DNA of 64,000 nt, from contig CBDCNQ010000004.1 of assembly GCA_965219445.1 (NCBI GenBank), forward strand, positions 992,001 to 1,056,000. Reading direction: 5' to 3'. Of this stretch, positions 41,388 to 50,535 are shown piece after piece. The notes beneath the pieces are model-generated. The model did no database searches and had not been told where the DNA came from. It saw only the letters and a program-made list of their open reading frames with translations. The DNA is from Longimicrobiales bacterium. Its GTDB lineage: Bacteria > Gemmatimonadota > Gemmatimonadetes > Longimicrobiales > Gaopeijiaceae. The translations under genes were made by a program, and so were the position numbers. The first letter of the stretch is position 1; every line of letters begins with the position of its first letter.

Positions 41388-42227
41388 ATGAGACTATCGT
41401 CAAGCGTCGCGCTTGCTCTGCTGCTCAGCCTCGGACCGGCGACAGCGGCGGCGCAGGCGCGCCGCATCGATGTGAGCGAGATGCCGCGGCCGATCGAAGC
41501 CGCGGATAATGTGTGGATCGAAGAGCTCACGATGCTGGAGGTCCGGGATGCGCTCCGGGGGGGAAGGACCACCGCCTTGATCTTAACCGGCGGGATCGAG
41601 GAGAATGGTCCCTACTCGACGACAGGGAAGCACAATCATGTTCTCCGAGTGATGGGCGAAGCCATCGCCCGTCAGCTGGGTGACGCCCTCGTCGCCCCCA
41701 TCGTCACGTTGGAACCCGGCGATCCGGAGAATGCCCGTTCTCCCGGAACTGTATTCCTGTCCCGGGGAACGTACGTGGGAGTGCTCCGCGACATGGCGAT
41801 CAGCCTGAAGGCTCAGGGGTTCCGCCACATCGCCTTGATGGGCGACAGCGGCGGTAACCAGGCTCCCATGCGCGAAGTAGCGGAGGCGCTGAGTAACGAG
41901 TGGCGGGGTGAACCCACAAGAATCCACTTCATCCCGGAGTACTACAACTACGACGACGTGTTGACCTATCAGAGCGAGGTGCTCGGGGTGGACGAGGACC
42001 CCTACTTAGACGGTCTTCATGACCACTACTACATTACCTCGATAGTGATGAACGCCGATCCGAGGCACGCTCGCCTGGAGCAGCGGATCACGGCGCAAGA
42101 GGCCTCGATCAACGGTTTCAGCATCGTGCCGGTCGAGAAGACCATCGCGCATGGCCGGAAGCTGATCGATTTCCGCACCGACGCCACGGTTACTGCGATC
42201 CGGGATGCCATCACAGAAGCCAGATAG
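41388..42227 (+). CDS. Exported creatininase-family protein (paralog)
   Basis: Signal peptide; EELTMLEV, GIEENGPY, GDSGGN. Confidence 0.88.
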   Translation: MRLSSSVALALLLSLGPATAAAQARRIDVSEMPRPIEAADNVWIEELTMLEVRDALRGGRTTALILTGGIEENGPYSTTGKHNHVLRVMGEAIARQLGDALVAPIVTLEPGDPENARSPGTVFLSRGTYVGVLRDMAISLKAQGFRHIALMGDSGGNQAPMREVAEALSNEWRGEPTRIHFIPEYYNYDDVLTYQSEVLGVDEDPYLDGLHDHYYITSIVMNADPRHARLEQRITAQEASINGFSIVPVEKTIAHGRKLIDFRTDATVTAIRDAITEAR

Positions 42228-42447
42228 ACCCCGGACGGGGAGAGCCGTCGGAGTGACTATCGACCCTCTATGGTTGAGCTGACCCACTGAAAGGGGCGAG
42301 GTCGCGGGTGGGGATCCGATGGTCCCCTTTTCCCCCGTCCAGACACCCGGAGTTCCCCTAGGATCCGCTGAGTCCCCACCAGGCAACCCGAGTTTTTGGG
42401 GTCCGACTTGGGGTACCAAAGCCACCTTTTCGCCCCTACCCCACCGA

Positions 42448-44347
42448 ATCGGGATAGGGGAGGACCGGCGTTCCCGGTCCTTCCCCTCCCACACCACCAG
42501 GCATGCGGGTCCGCACCTGGCGGTTCGGTGAGTTGAGGTCAGTACGGCGTGAGCCGGGGCACACCCAGCTCGTCGAAGTACGCCCCCGGCAAGGCCGTGT
42601 GCAGGGCGTGGTGCGCAGCCACGTGCCACCAGCTTCGCGCGAACCGAGCAGCTCGCCAGGCGAGGTTCTCGCTCACACCGCGAGCCCTCAACTCCCGGTA
42701 CGCTGTCCTTCCTCGTTTCCACTGGCGTAATTGCAATGTACGCAGCCGGCGGTGGATCCATTGGTCCAGGTCTCGGAAAACCCCCGGTGTGTCCGCTAAG
42801 CCGAAGTATGCCTTCCACCCCAGCACGTAGCTCCGTAGCTCTTCCGCCACCTGTTGCAGGCTCCGCCCGCCGCTCCGGCTTGTAATCTGCCGGACTCGCT
42901 CTTTGAACTTCGTCAGGGCCTTCTTGCTGACCCGGCGCTTCACGACCTTCCCTGCCGCTACCCAGAAGCTGTAGCCCAGGAACTGTCGATCCCACACTCG
43001 CGCCACCGCGCTCTTTTCCTCGTTGACCTGAAGCCGAAGTTTCCCGTACAGGTGCCTCAGCGCCTGCATCACACGTTCTCCTGCCCGCCTCGACCGCACG
43101 TATACATTGCAGTCATCGGCGTACCGGACAAACGCGTGTCCGCGTAGCTCCAACTCCTGGTCCACTTCGTCCAGGAGCACGTTCGCCAGCAACGGCGACA
43201 ACGGTCCGCCCTGAGGCGTCCCCATGTGCCGCTCCATCACCACCCCGTTCGCCATGACTCCGGCTTCCAGGTAGCGACGGAGGATCCGCAGCATCGCCTT
43301 ATCCTCGATCCGCTTTGCCAGCCGCCCCATCAGCACGTCGTGGTTCACCCGGTCGAAAAACTTCTCCAGGTCCACATCCACCACCCATCGTCTCCCTTCC
43401 TGGATGTAGTGCTGCGCTTCGCGCACCGCATCGTGTGCTCGGCGCCCAGGCCGGAAGCCGTGGCTGTGCCGACTGAACGTCGGGTCGAACCTCGGTTGCA
43501 TCACCTGCAGGATGGCTTGTTGGATGAACCGGTCCAGCACGGTCGGAATCCCCAACTCCCGGACCCCTCCCCCACTCTTCGGTATCTCCTGCCTTCGTAC
43601 CGGCTTCGGTTGGTAGGTCCCCGCCAGCAACCGCTGTCGGATCTCCCCCCAGTGCCTGCGCAAGTACTCTGGCAGCTCCTCCACGCTCATCCCGTCGATG
43701 CCCGGACTGCCCTTATTCTGCCGCACGCGTTTCAACGCTCCTACGAGGTTGGCACGCCCGACCACCTCCTGCATCAGGAGATGCTCGCTTCCTGAGCGCT
43801 CGTCTCCATGGGCCACCGTTCCGGCTTCGCCACTCCCCTCTACCTTCGGGGCTTCACCCCTATCCTCCAGTGGGAGCCCCAGTTGCCTGGACTCCTGGCG
43901 CATGGCCTTGCCGAGGTCCACGGTCGTCACGCTCTCCTCTCCGTTCGGCCCTTCGTCCGACAAAGCTGGGTCCAAGCGCATCATGCACTTCGTCGGCCTA
44001 CTATGGCCTCTGCTGACTTCTCGCTCCGCCGGCAGGCCCAACAGCGCAGTGCCGGCGTCACCCTTTCAGGCGTCAGGCGAGACCTCCCCGGGTAAGAACG
44101 ATGACCTTCCCCGCACAATCGCCGGATCTACGCCGCTTCCCCTTGGTCGCAGGAGCTTCGCGGTCAGTGGTCCGCTCGCCCCGGTCCGCAGCGCCTCGTA
44201 TCCGGTTCCTGTTCGTCGACTCACGGGTTCGTTTCACGCTTCGTTCAGCGTACGCCTCACGACGAACGCCTTGCGCTTCCCTTCGGTCCCTGCGACCAGG
44301 TTCCGGGAGGACTTTCACCTCCAAGTCATCGCCCATGCCGGGCCCAC
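42448..44347 (-). mobile_element. Group IIC intron (~1.9 kb)
   Basis: 5' GTGGGCCCGGCATGGG; DV GAACCGCCAGGTGCGGACCCGCATGCCTGGTGGTGT with CGC triad; DVI ending CCTATCCCGAT. Confidence 0.9.
42539..43903 (-). CDS. ltrA: Group II intron reverse transcriptase/maturase (no endonuclease domain)
   Basis: NKGSPGIDG, RELGIPTV.DR, DLEKFFD, GTPQGGPLSPLL, RYADD, maturase X 'GWKAYF'; ATG 43903 preferred over 44041. Confidence 0.95.
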   Translation of the reverse strand: MRQESRQLGLPLEDRGEAPKVEGSGEAGTVAHGDERSGSEHLLMQEVVGRANLVGALKRVRQNKGSPGIDGMSVEELPEYLRRHWGEIRQRLLAGTYQPKPVRRQEIPKSGGGVRELGIPTVLDRFIQQAILQVMQPRFDPTFSRHSHGFRPGRRAHDAVREAQHYIQEGRRWVVDVDLEKFFDRVNHDVLMGRLAKRIEDKAMLRILRRYLEAGVMANGVVMERHMGTPQGGPLSPLLANVLLDEVDQELELRGHAFVRYADDCNVYVRSRRAGERVMQALRHLYGKLRLQVNEEKSAVARVWDRQFLGYSFWVAAGKVVKRRVSKKALTKFKERVRQITSRSGGRSLQQVAEELRSYVLGWKAYFGLADTPGVFRDLDQWIHRRLRTLQLRQWKRGRTAYRELRARGVSENLAWRAARFARSWWHVAAHHALHTALPGAYFDELGVPRLTPY

Positions 44348-44407
44348 CACAGGTCTGGTGGCTGCGGCGGGCTAGAGCCTACTGCAACGTCGTGCGCGTC
44401 GGCTAGA

Positions 44408-47107
44408 TCAGCTGACCCGCTTCTCCTCGCGCGCCTCGCGCACCGCCTCCAGCACGCGCGCCGCCACGTCGCGCTCTTCGCGGAGCGCAGTGATCAGAGC
44501 CTCGGCCTCCTTCGCTTGGAACGACAGCTGCCCCGCTTTCTCGAGCACCGCGTCCACCACCGCCTTCTGGCTGTGGACCGTCTCGAGACTGCCCTGGATG
44601 TCGTTGAGGAGCGTGTCCAGTCGCGCCATGCGCTCCTCGGCGTCGCCGATCTCCATCTTTTTCTTGTCGACTGCAAGCGCGAGCTCGTCTACACGAGCCG
44701 CTCGTTCGAGGACATCGTCGAGCACGGCCCGAGAACGCTGGATTTCCTGGCGCGCGTCTGTGATGCTCCTCACGTCGCTCACCGTGCCCTCCACCGCGCT
44801 GAATAACTGATCCAGCTCTCCACGCACTGCGTCCACTCCTTCCTGCCGTGTGGCCAGGTTCTGGAGCGTTTGCTCCAGACTCTGCTCGGCCGCCGAAAAG
44901 CCAGCAAGCTTCTCCTCGAACTGGGTGATGCGCTTTTCCGCGAAGCGCAGGTTGCCCACCCTGCCCTCGACCTGGTCAGCCAGCTCTGCCATGAGGGAGG
45001 CCTGTTCGCCCGCCGCAGCAGCCGCATGGGACACGCGCAGCTCCTGTTCCTCCAGATCCCGGATCCCTTTCGAGAGGTCCTTGTGCAGGGCGGTGGCACG
45101 CCCCAGATCGGCCATCGCGCTCTGTAGAGCCTTCTCGCGCGTCTCCAGCTCCTGACCTACGGCCTCGATCTTGACCCCGAGCGACTCCACGTCGGCCGCA
45201 CGGAGGCTGGCTGACCTAACCGTCGCATCGACCTCCTGGATCCGGTCCTCCGTGCCTTCCACGCGCTTCGCCAAAGCGTCAAAACGCCTCTCCACCTGTC
45301 CAGCTTCTTCGGCGCGTTGGGCCACCTGCTTGAAACGACGGTCGGCATCATCGAGTCGGTCGTTCAGCCCGCGAGCGTGTTCCTCGAGTTCGGTCATGGC
45401 AGCCCCACGCGATTCCATCACGCTCATGCGCTCGTCCAGGCTATTCGACAGCATGCCGAGGTCGTCCAACCTCTCTTCCACGGACGTCAGCAAGCGCTTG
45501 CGCTCTTCGATCAGGTCATTGCGCGCAGCGAGATCATCCAACGCCGTGCGCGTCTCGTCGATGCGCGCGACGTCAAGGTCCATGTCCGCGACCTGAGTCC
45601 TCAACTCATCGAGTTGGGTCTGCGTTTGGGTCAGCCAGGAGCGGGTGTCCGCTTGTGCGGCGTGACTCCGCTCCACCTCGGCGCGGGCTTCCTTGAGCTG
45701 TTCCAGCGTATCGTTGACCCCGTCGTGCGCCTTGCTCAGCTCGACGATGTCGGCTGCCATCCTGTCCAGGGACGGTTGCGAGTCCTCTAGGCTCTGAACC
45801 CGCTCTCGCACCCGCGCAGCGGACGCCTCGGCCCGCTCCAAAACGGAACGCATGGCGTGTGCGCGCTCCGCCTGCTCGTCCACCCGTCCAATGTCTGTCA
45901 TGAGGGTGGCCAGCCGTGCGGTCAACTCATCCGCCCGCGCCGTGGCCCCAGCCATATCGCGAGTGGCCTTCTCCATGTCTGAGCGCCGGCCCTCGAACTC
46001 TCCCAGTGTGCTCCTCAGGCTGAGGACCTGTGTGTTCACCGTATCCAGGCCACTACGCTCCATCTCGAAGCGTTGGAGCCCGGCGTCGATTTCGTCACGA
46101 ATTTCGCCCAGCCGCTTCTCCAGACCCCTGCCCTCCCGGGCCACGTTCTCTTCGCGCGTCCTCAGGGTGCCTAGCTGCTCCTCCACCCGTTGCACCAGCT
46201 CCTGTACTCCGAGAATTCGCTTCTGCGTCTTCTGGATCACCTTGGAATCCTCGGTGACCTTCTTGAGCTTCTTGTCCACGTCCCACACGAGATCGTCCAG
46301 GCGGGCGGCTTGGGCCGCCGCCCGGTCAACGACTTCGCGCTGCTCCTCGAGAGACCCGGTCTTGCGGCTGACGTGCTCGGCAAGCGCATTAAGGTTCTGA
46401 AGCTGCTGCTCCACCCGGGACGCCACCTCCCCTACCTTGGTAACCTTGGAGGTTGCAGCCTCCATCCGGGCCAGCCGCGCGGAAGCCTCCTCCACCTCGC
46501 GTCCCAGACGCTGCGATAGCGAGCGTAGCTCCTCGAGCTCGCCCTGCTCCACCGCCTGCCCCTTCCGCAGCGTCTCCTGGGCCTCCTCTACCTCGTGGAG
46601 ACCTTCCCGCACGTCCTTGAGCCGCTCGCCCACCTCTTCCGACTTTTCCTTGAGCTGGTCCACCGTGCCCGCCGGCCCGGCCAACCCCTCCACGTCGGCG
46701 CGCACCTTGCGCGCCTCCTTGAGGGCAGCCTTGATCCCGGTAATCTCCCCTTCGAAAGACCCCATCTCTTCGCGTATCTGAGCGAGTCCCTCCCCAGCCT
46801 CGCCCTGGCCTTGCTCCAGCTCAGCCGCGCAGTCACGAGCTCGGGCAACCTCGTCAGAAAGCTCGGAGACGCTGTCAGCGCGGCTCTCAGCCGATGCTAG
46901 CGCCTCGCCGAACTCCTCTTGGCGCCTCGCCACATCGACGAGCTGCTTGTCCACCTTGCTCATGGACTTGGCGGCGCCGCGCACCCGCTTGAGGACAACC
47001 TCGAGCTCCGCCTTCTCCTCTTTTACTTCACCCAGCAGTTCCTGGAGTGCAAGCGGAAGCTCGGCGACAGATGGGCGGAACGATTTCCGGATACCGAACA
47101 GGGCCAT
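44408..47107 (-). CDS. 899-aa all-coiled-coil protein
   Basis: Continuous heptad E/L/A/R pattern; no ATPase motifs; AGGA RBS. Confidence 0.8.
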   Translation of the reverse strand: MALFGIRKSFRPSVAELPLALQELLGEVKEEKAELEVVLKRVRGAAKSMSKVDKQLVDVARRQEEFGEALASAESRADSVSELSDEVARARDCAAELEQGQGEAGEGLAQIREEMGSFEGEITGIKAALKEARKVRADVEGLAGPAGTVDQLKEKSEEVGERLKDVREGLHEVEEAQETLRKGQAVEQGELEELRSLSQRLGREVEEASARLARMEAATSKVTKVGEVASRVEQQLQNLNALAEHVSRKTGSLEEQREVVDRAAAQAARLDDLVWDVDKKLKKVTEDSKVIQKTQKRILGVQELVQRVEEQLGTLRTREENVAREGRGLEKRLGEIRDEIDAGLQRFEMERSGLDTVNTQVLSLRSTLGEFEGRRSDMEKATRDMAGATARADELTARLATLMTDIGRVDEQAERAHAMRSVLERAEASAARVRERVQSLEDSQPSLDRMAADIVELSKAHDGVNDTLEQLKEARAEVERSHAAQADTRSWLTQTQTQLDELRTQVADMDLDVARIDETRTALDDLAARNDLIEERKRLLTSVEERLDDLGMLSNSLDERMSVMESRGAAMTELEEHARGLNDRLDDADRRFKQVAQRAEEAGQVERRFDALAKRVEGTEDRIQEVDATVRSASLRAADVESLGVKIEAVGQELETREKALQSAMADLGRATALHKDLSKGIRDLEEQELRVSHAAAAAGEQASLMAELADQVEGRVGNLRFAEKRITQFEEKLAGFSAAEQSLEQTLQNLATRQEGVDAVRGELDQLFSAVEGTVSDVRSITDARQEIQRSRAVLDDVLERAARVDELALAVDKKKMEIGDAEERMARLDTLLNDIQGSLETVHSQKAVVDAVLEKAGQLSFQAKEAEALITALREERDVAARVLEAVREAREEKRVS

Positions 47108-47225
47108 GTGAGACCATCCTGCTGGGGGAACGGGACGTTGAGGGGACGTTCAAACTCGGCTGCTGAGGCCGCTGCGTCAACGAAAACGTGTTTTTCGGGG
47201 GGCGTGCCGGAGCACTCCGGTCGCG

Positions 47226-48027
47226 TTGTGGCTAGAGAATCAGCGCCAACGGCACCAGGACCACCGGAGGATCGCCGTCAACGACGAGCGCGGACGGCCC
47301 GTCAGGGACAACGAAGGCAAGCGCGTCTACCGCTACGAGCGCCTGCCCACGCCTGTCGTCCGGCAGTACACCGTCTTCAACGCCGAGCAGGCCGACGGGC
47401 TGCCGGCCCGGCCCACTCCCGCCGCCGAGCCGCTCTGGAAGGTCCACCAGAACGCCGAGAGGGTGCTGGAAGACAGCGGGGTCCCCGTCCGTCACGTGGC
47501 CGGCGACCGGGCGTTCTACAACCTGAACCGCGACGAGATCGTGCTGCACCGAGCGCGGACAGTTCCCCCCCGCAAACCACTACTACCAGACCGCGCTCCA
47601 CGAGCTGGGGCATAGCAGCGGCCATCCCGAGCGGATGAACCGCGCCACGCTCACCCAAGGGATCGGCGACGGGTTCGGCTCACCGGCCTATGCGAAGGAG
47701 GAGCTCCGCGCGGAGATCAGCGCCATGATGACCGGCGAGCGCGTGGGCGTCGGCCACGACCCGAGCCGGGGGGCCGCCTACGTCGAGGGCTGGGTCGCGG
47801 CCCTAGAGGAGGACCCCCGGGAGATCCGCCGAGCCGCGGCCGACGCACAGAAGATCTCCGACTTCGTGCCGGCCCGCAGCCGCGAGCGCCAGGCCGAACG
47901 GGAGCCGGTAGCCGTGGCCGTCACCCGCGCTCCCCGACCCGCAGCACGCCGCAAGGCCGGAGCTCCCGCTGCCGGTCCCCAAACGGAACTTCAGCCCCAG
48001 CCGCTGAGGCCAAGGACGGAGCCCTAG
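47226..48027 (+). pseudogene. ArdC-like antirestriction/ssDNA-binding protein, 5'-truncated and frameshifted
   Basis: 'YTVFNAEQ.DGLP', 'DRAFY...DEI.L', broken LHELGH motif, 'YAKEELRAEI..AAY..GW...L'. Confidence 0.8.
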
Positions 48028-48030
48028 GAG

Positions 48031-48918
48031 ATGTTCGACCGCACGATCGGATCGGACCCGCGTACCGCCGCGCCGCAAAGCCGCGCTACCTACCGCATGC
48101 GGGACGGCCATCGCCGAGAACACGACGCGCGCAAGGACGCCGGGTCCATCTCCTTCCGCGACCGCTCCGAGCGGGCGCTCGCCGACGTGGGCATCTACCG
48201 TTGCGTCTCGTTCCGGGACCTCCCCGAGGCTCACTTCGGCGGCCATCCCTACACCACGCGGCGGGCGGTGAACGCCTGGACCCGCGAGGGGCTCGCCAAC
48301 GAGTCCACGGCCACCGGACCAAAGGGCAATCCGTTCAAGATCCTGACCCTCACCCGGAGCGGTGTGGTTGCCGCACGCAAACTGGCCTCCGGCCGGGGGC
48401 TGGATCCCGGACAGGAGATCCGTACCGCTCGCCTCAGGCGCTCCGAAGTCGCGCACGACACTGCCGTCTACCGGGCCTGCGGCCGCGAACGCCAACGCCT
48501 GCTCGAGCAGGGGGCCACCGTCCGCCGTGTGCGTCTCGACGGCGAGTTCAAGAGCGCCGTCGCACGCAAGAGCGAGTCCGCGCGTGCGAAAGACGGCCGC
48601 CGGGCTGCCGACGCCGAGCGGCACCGCGTGGCCGAGGCGCTCGGCTTGCCGATCGATGCCCAAGGCCGCGTGCTCTACCCGGATGCGCAGATCGAGTACA
48701 CCGACGCCGACGGGCGCACCGGCCGTGTCAACATCGAGGTCGCATCGGGCAACTACCGGGCTCGCTCCATACGTGCCAAGGTGGCCGCCGGGTTCCGGAT
48801 GCACGCCAACGGACCGGCCGCCGCGCGCCTGCTCCGCTCACTCGGCGTGGGCGACGGCGGAGATCGCTCCTCCCTGCGAGGGCCGACCGAGCGGGATCCG
48901 GCCGCGCTCGAGCTCTGA
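48031..48918 (+). CDS. ICE hypothetical protein, possibly replication-relaxation-like
   Basis: wHTH-like N-part, 'AHD', 'YPDA..NIEV' PD-(D/E)xK-like motif; GGAG RBS. Confidence 0.5.
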   Translation: MFDRTIGSDPRTAAPQSRATYRMRDGHRREHDARKDAGSISFRDRSERALADVGIYRCVSFRDLPEAHFGGHPYTTRRAVNAWTREGLANESTATGPKGNPFKILTLTRSGVVAARKLASGRGLDPGQEIRTARLRRSEVAHDTAVYRACGRERQRLLEQGATVRRVRLDGEFKSAVARKSESARAKDGRRAADAERHRVAEALGLPIDAQGRVLYPDAQIEYTDADGRTGRVNIEVASGNYRARSIRAKVAAGFRMHANGPAAARLLRSLGVGDGGDRSSLRGPTERDPAALEL

Positions 48919-48937
48919 CCCCCCGGAGGATCCAGCG

Positions 48938-49253
48938 ATGCAGCCCTGGAGAATCAGCGTAGGCCTCAGCGCCGCACTTGTCGGCTCAGGCCTCCTCCTC
49001 GGCGGATCCCGCCTCGAGTACCTCGCGCCGTTCTGGCCCGTGATCCTCGCCGAGCACGGCATCCCGATCGTCCTGCACTCGGCGCTGGTGCTCGGCGCCG
49101 TCGCGGCCGCCCTCTACGCCGTCGCACGCGCCGCCGGGCTCGCCGACCTCGGCGGCCCGCGTCGATCTCCTCGAGCGCTCCGTACGGCGAGGCGAGGGCG
49201 ATCCCGAACTCACCGACGCGTTACGCAGGGACGCCGAGGGCGACTGGGAGTGA
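48938..49253 (+). pseudogene. Small two-TM ICE protein, frameshifted
   Basis: GGAGG RBS, two hydrophobic helices, frame change near 49157. Confidence 0.45.
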
Positions 49254-49306
49254 ACACGGCACTCGGGTCGGCCGCGAATCGTTCGTCGAGACCCGGAAAT
49301 GCGCAC

Positions 49307-49698
49307 ATGATCGACCGAACATCTATCGAGATCCTGCCCGCGGACTGGCGCACGCGGGCCAAGACCCTGCGCCGCTACGGGGGCAAGACACCGGCCGTAG
49401 CCCTCGAGGCCTGCGCGGCGGAGCTCGAAACTGCCCTGCGCCAGAGAGACGACACGATTCTGACGCTGACAGAGGCAGCTGTGGGGAAAGCTGCTACTCC
49501 GCCGCTCACCTGGGACGCCTGGTGCGCGAGGGCAGGGTCCCAAACGCCGGAAGGCCCGGCACACCCAGGATCGCTCGAGGGGACCTCCCCCATGAGGCCG
49601 GGGCGCTGGCCGAGTCTCGTCTGGCGGCGAAGCCTTCCCTGCGCGAGGTTTCCACCGGGCAGATCGTGCAGTGCATCATCGAGGAGGGTATCGGATGA
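49307..49698 (+). pseudogene. Excisionase-like HTH protein, frameshifted
   Basis: 'LTLTEAA' then, in another frame, 'SAAHLGRLVREGRVP'. Confidence 0.55.
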
Positions 49699-49890
49699 TG
49701 GCACAAAACGCAGTCGCACGAGCTACAGCGCCGGCGAGCGGAGCCGGAACCGGGTGCTGGTCTTTCCAGACCCCAGGACCGGTCTCATCCAGATCGAGTG
49801 GCGGGAAGGCGGACGGAGGCTTGCCAAGTCGCTCGGGCATCGCGACTGGGACCGGGCCAAGAGGCAGGCGGACGCAGTCGCTGCCAGTGC
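49698..49890 (+). pseudogene. Probable N-terminal fragment of an ICE tyrosine integrase
   Basis: 'QIEWREGGRRLAKSLGHRDWDRAKRQA' arm-domain-like, directly after the excisionase-like gene. Confidence 0.5.
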
Positions 49891-49914
49891 GTACGCTCCT
49901 CGGCCTGCTGCCAG

Positions 49915-50110
49915 GCCCCACCCCTGCCCCTGCTCGTATCCTTCCGCCCACTTCGAGAGGCGCAGCTTGCTCTTGCTCAACTCCGCCGCTTTCCCGCTCT
50001 CCGCGTCGACCCGGTTCACGATCACGTGCACGTGCGGGTGTCCGCCCCGGTGCGCCACGATCAGCGCCTGGTGCTTCTGCAGCCCCAGCGCTTTCAGGCT
50101 CTCCGTCGCT
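49915..50110 (-). pseudogene. Relaxase (MOBP/VirD2-like) internal fragment
   Basis: HQALIVAH...HPHVHVIVNRV HUH motif. Confidence 0.8.
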
Positions 50111-50246
50111 TGCCCGGGCTCAACTCTGCCGCTCCGGCGCCATCCTTGGCCCAGTTACAGGCACATGGACGCCACAACAAATAGCCTCGCCCTACACTAC
50201 CATCGAATTAGCAGTTAAGTACCTGTTGTTTATGCACTTACTGCAG

Positions 50247-50292
50247 TGCCCCGCCAGGGACTCGAACCCCGAACCTACTGATTAAGAGTCAG
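50247..50292 (-). tRNA. tRNA-Lys(CTT) 3' half only (att-site duplication)
   Basis: CTGACTCTTAATCAGTAGGTTCGGGGTTCGAGTCCCTGGCGGGGCA: anticodon arm, T arm and acceptor 3' strand present; D arm and 5' strand missing. Confidence 0.85.
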
Positions 50293-50414
50293 GGAATTCG
50301 ATGGTCTCACCACGTTTCACTGAATCCCAGATTGGTTCATAAATCCGCCAGATCACTGGGATTCAGCCACATAATCGCGTACCATAGAGTGTCAGGGCGT
50401 CCTGCTATATCCCG

Positions 50415-50463
50415 CGCCATTTGGACGCCATTTGGACGCCATTTGGACGCCATTTGGACGCCA
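50415..50463 (+). repeat. 11-bp tandem repeat (CGCCATTTGGA) x4.5
   Basis: Seen directly; lies between the tRNA fragment and the integrase. Confidence 0.9.
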
Positions 50464-50535
50464 AGGGATTTTCGCGACTTAGATTGCCGTATCGTTGTGA
50501 TCCGCTTGGCTACTGAGAGCATCCGGGACAAGACC

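Noticed and set aside
42539..44041. RT as a DGR, retron or defence RT
   Set aside because: Enclosed by group II intron ends with DV/DVI and has a maturase domain; no TR/VR pair seen
44408..47107. SMC/Rad50 or Wadjet ATPase
   Set aside because: No Walker A/B or signature motifs, no partner genes
48362..50218. 618-aa ORF
   Set aside because: Chance read-through joining pieces of several frameshifted ICE genes
50247..50322. Functional tRNA-Lys
   Set aside because: D arm and 5' acceptor strand absent
50415..50463. CRISPR array
   Set aside because: 11-bp head-to-tail units without spacers; no cas genes in the window
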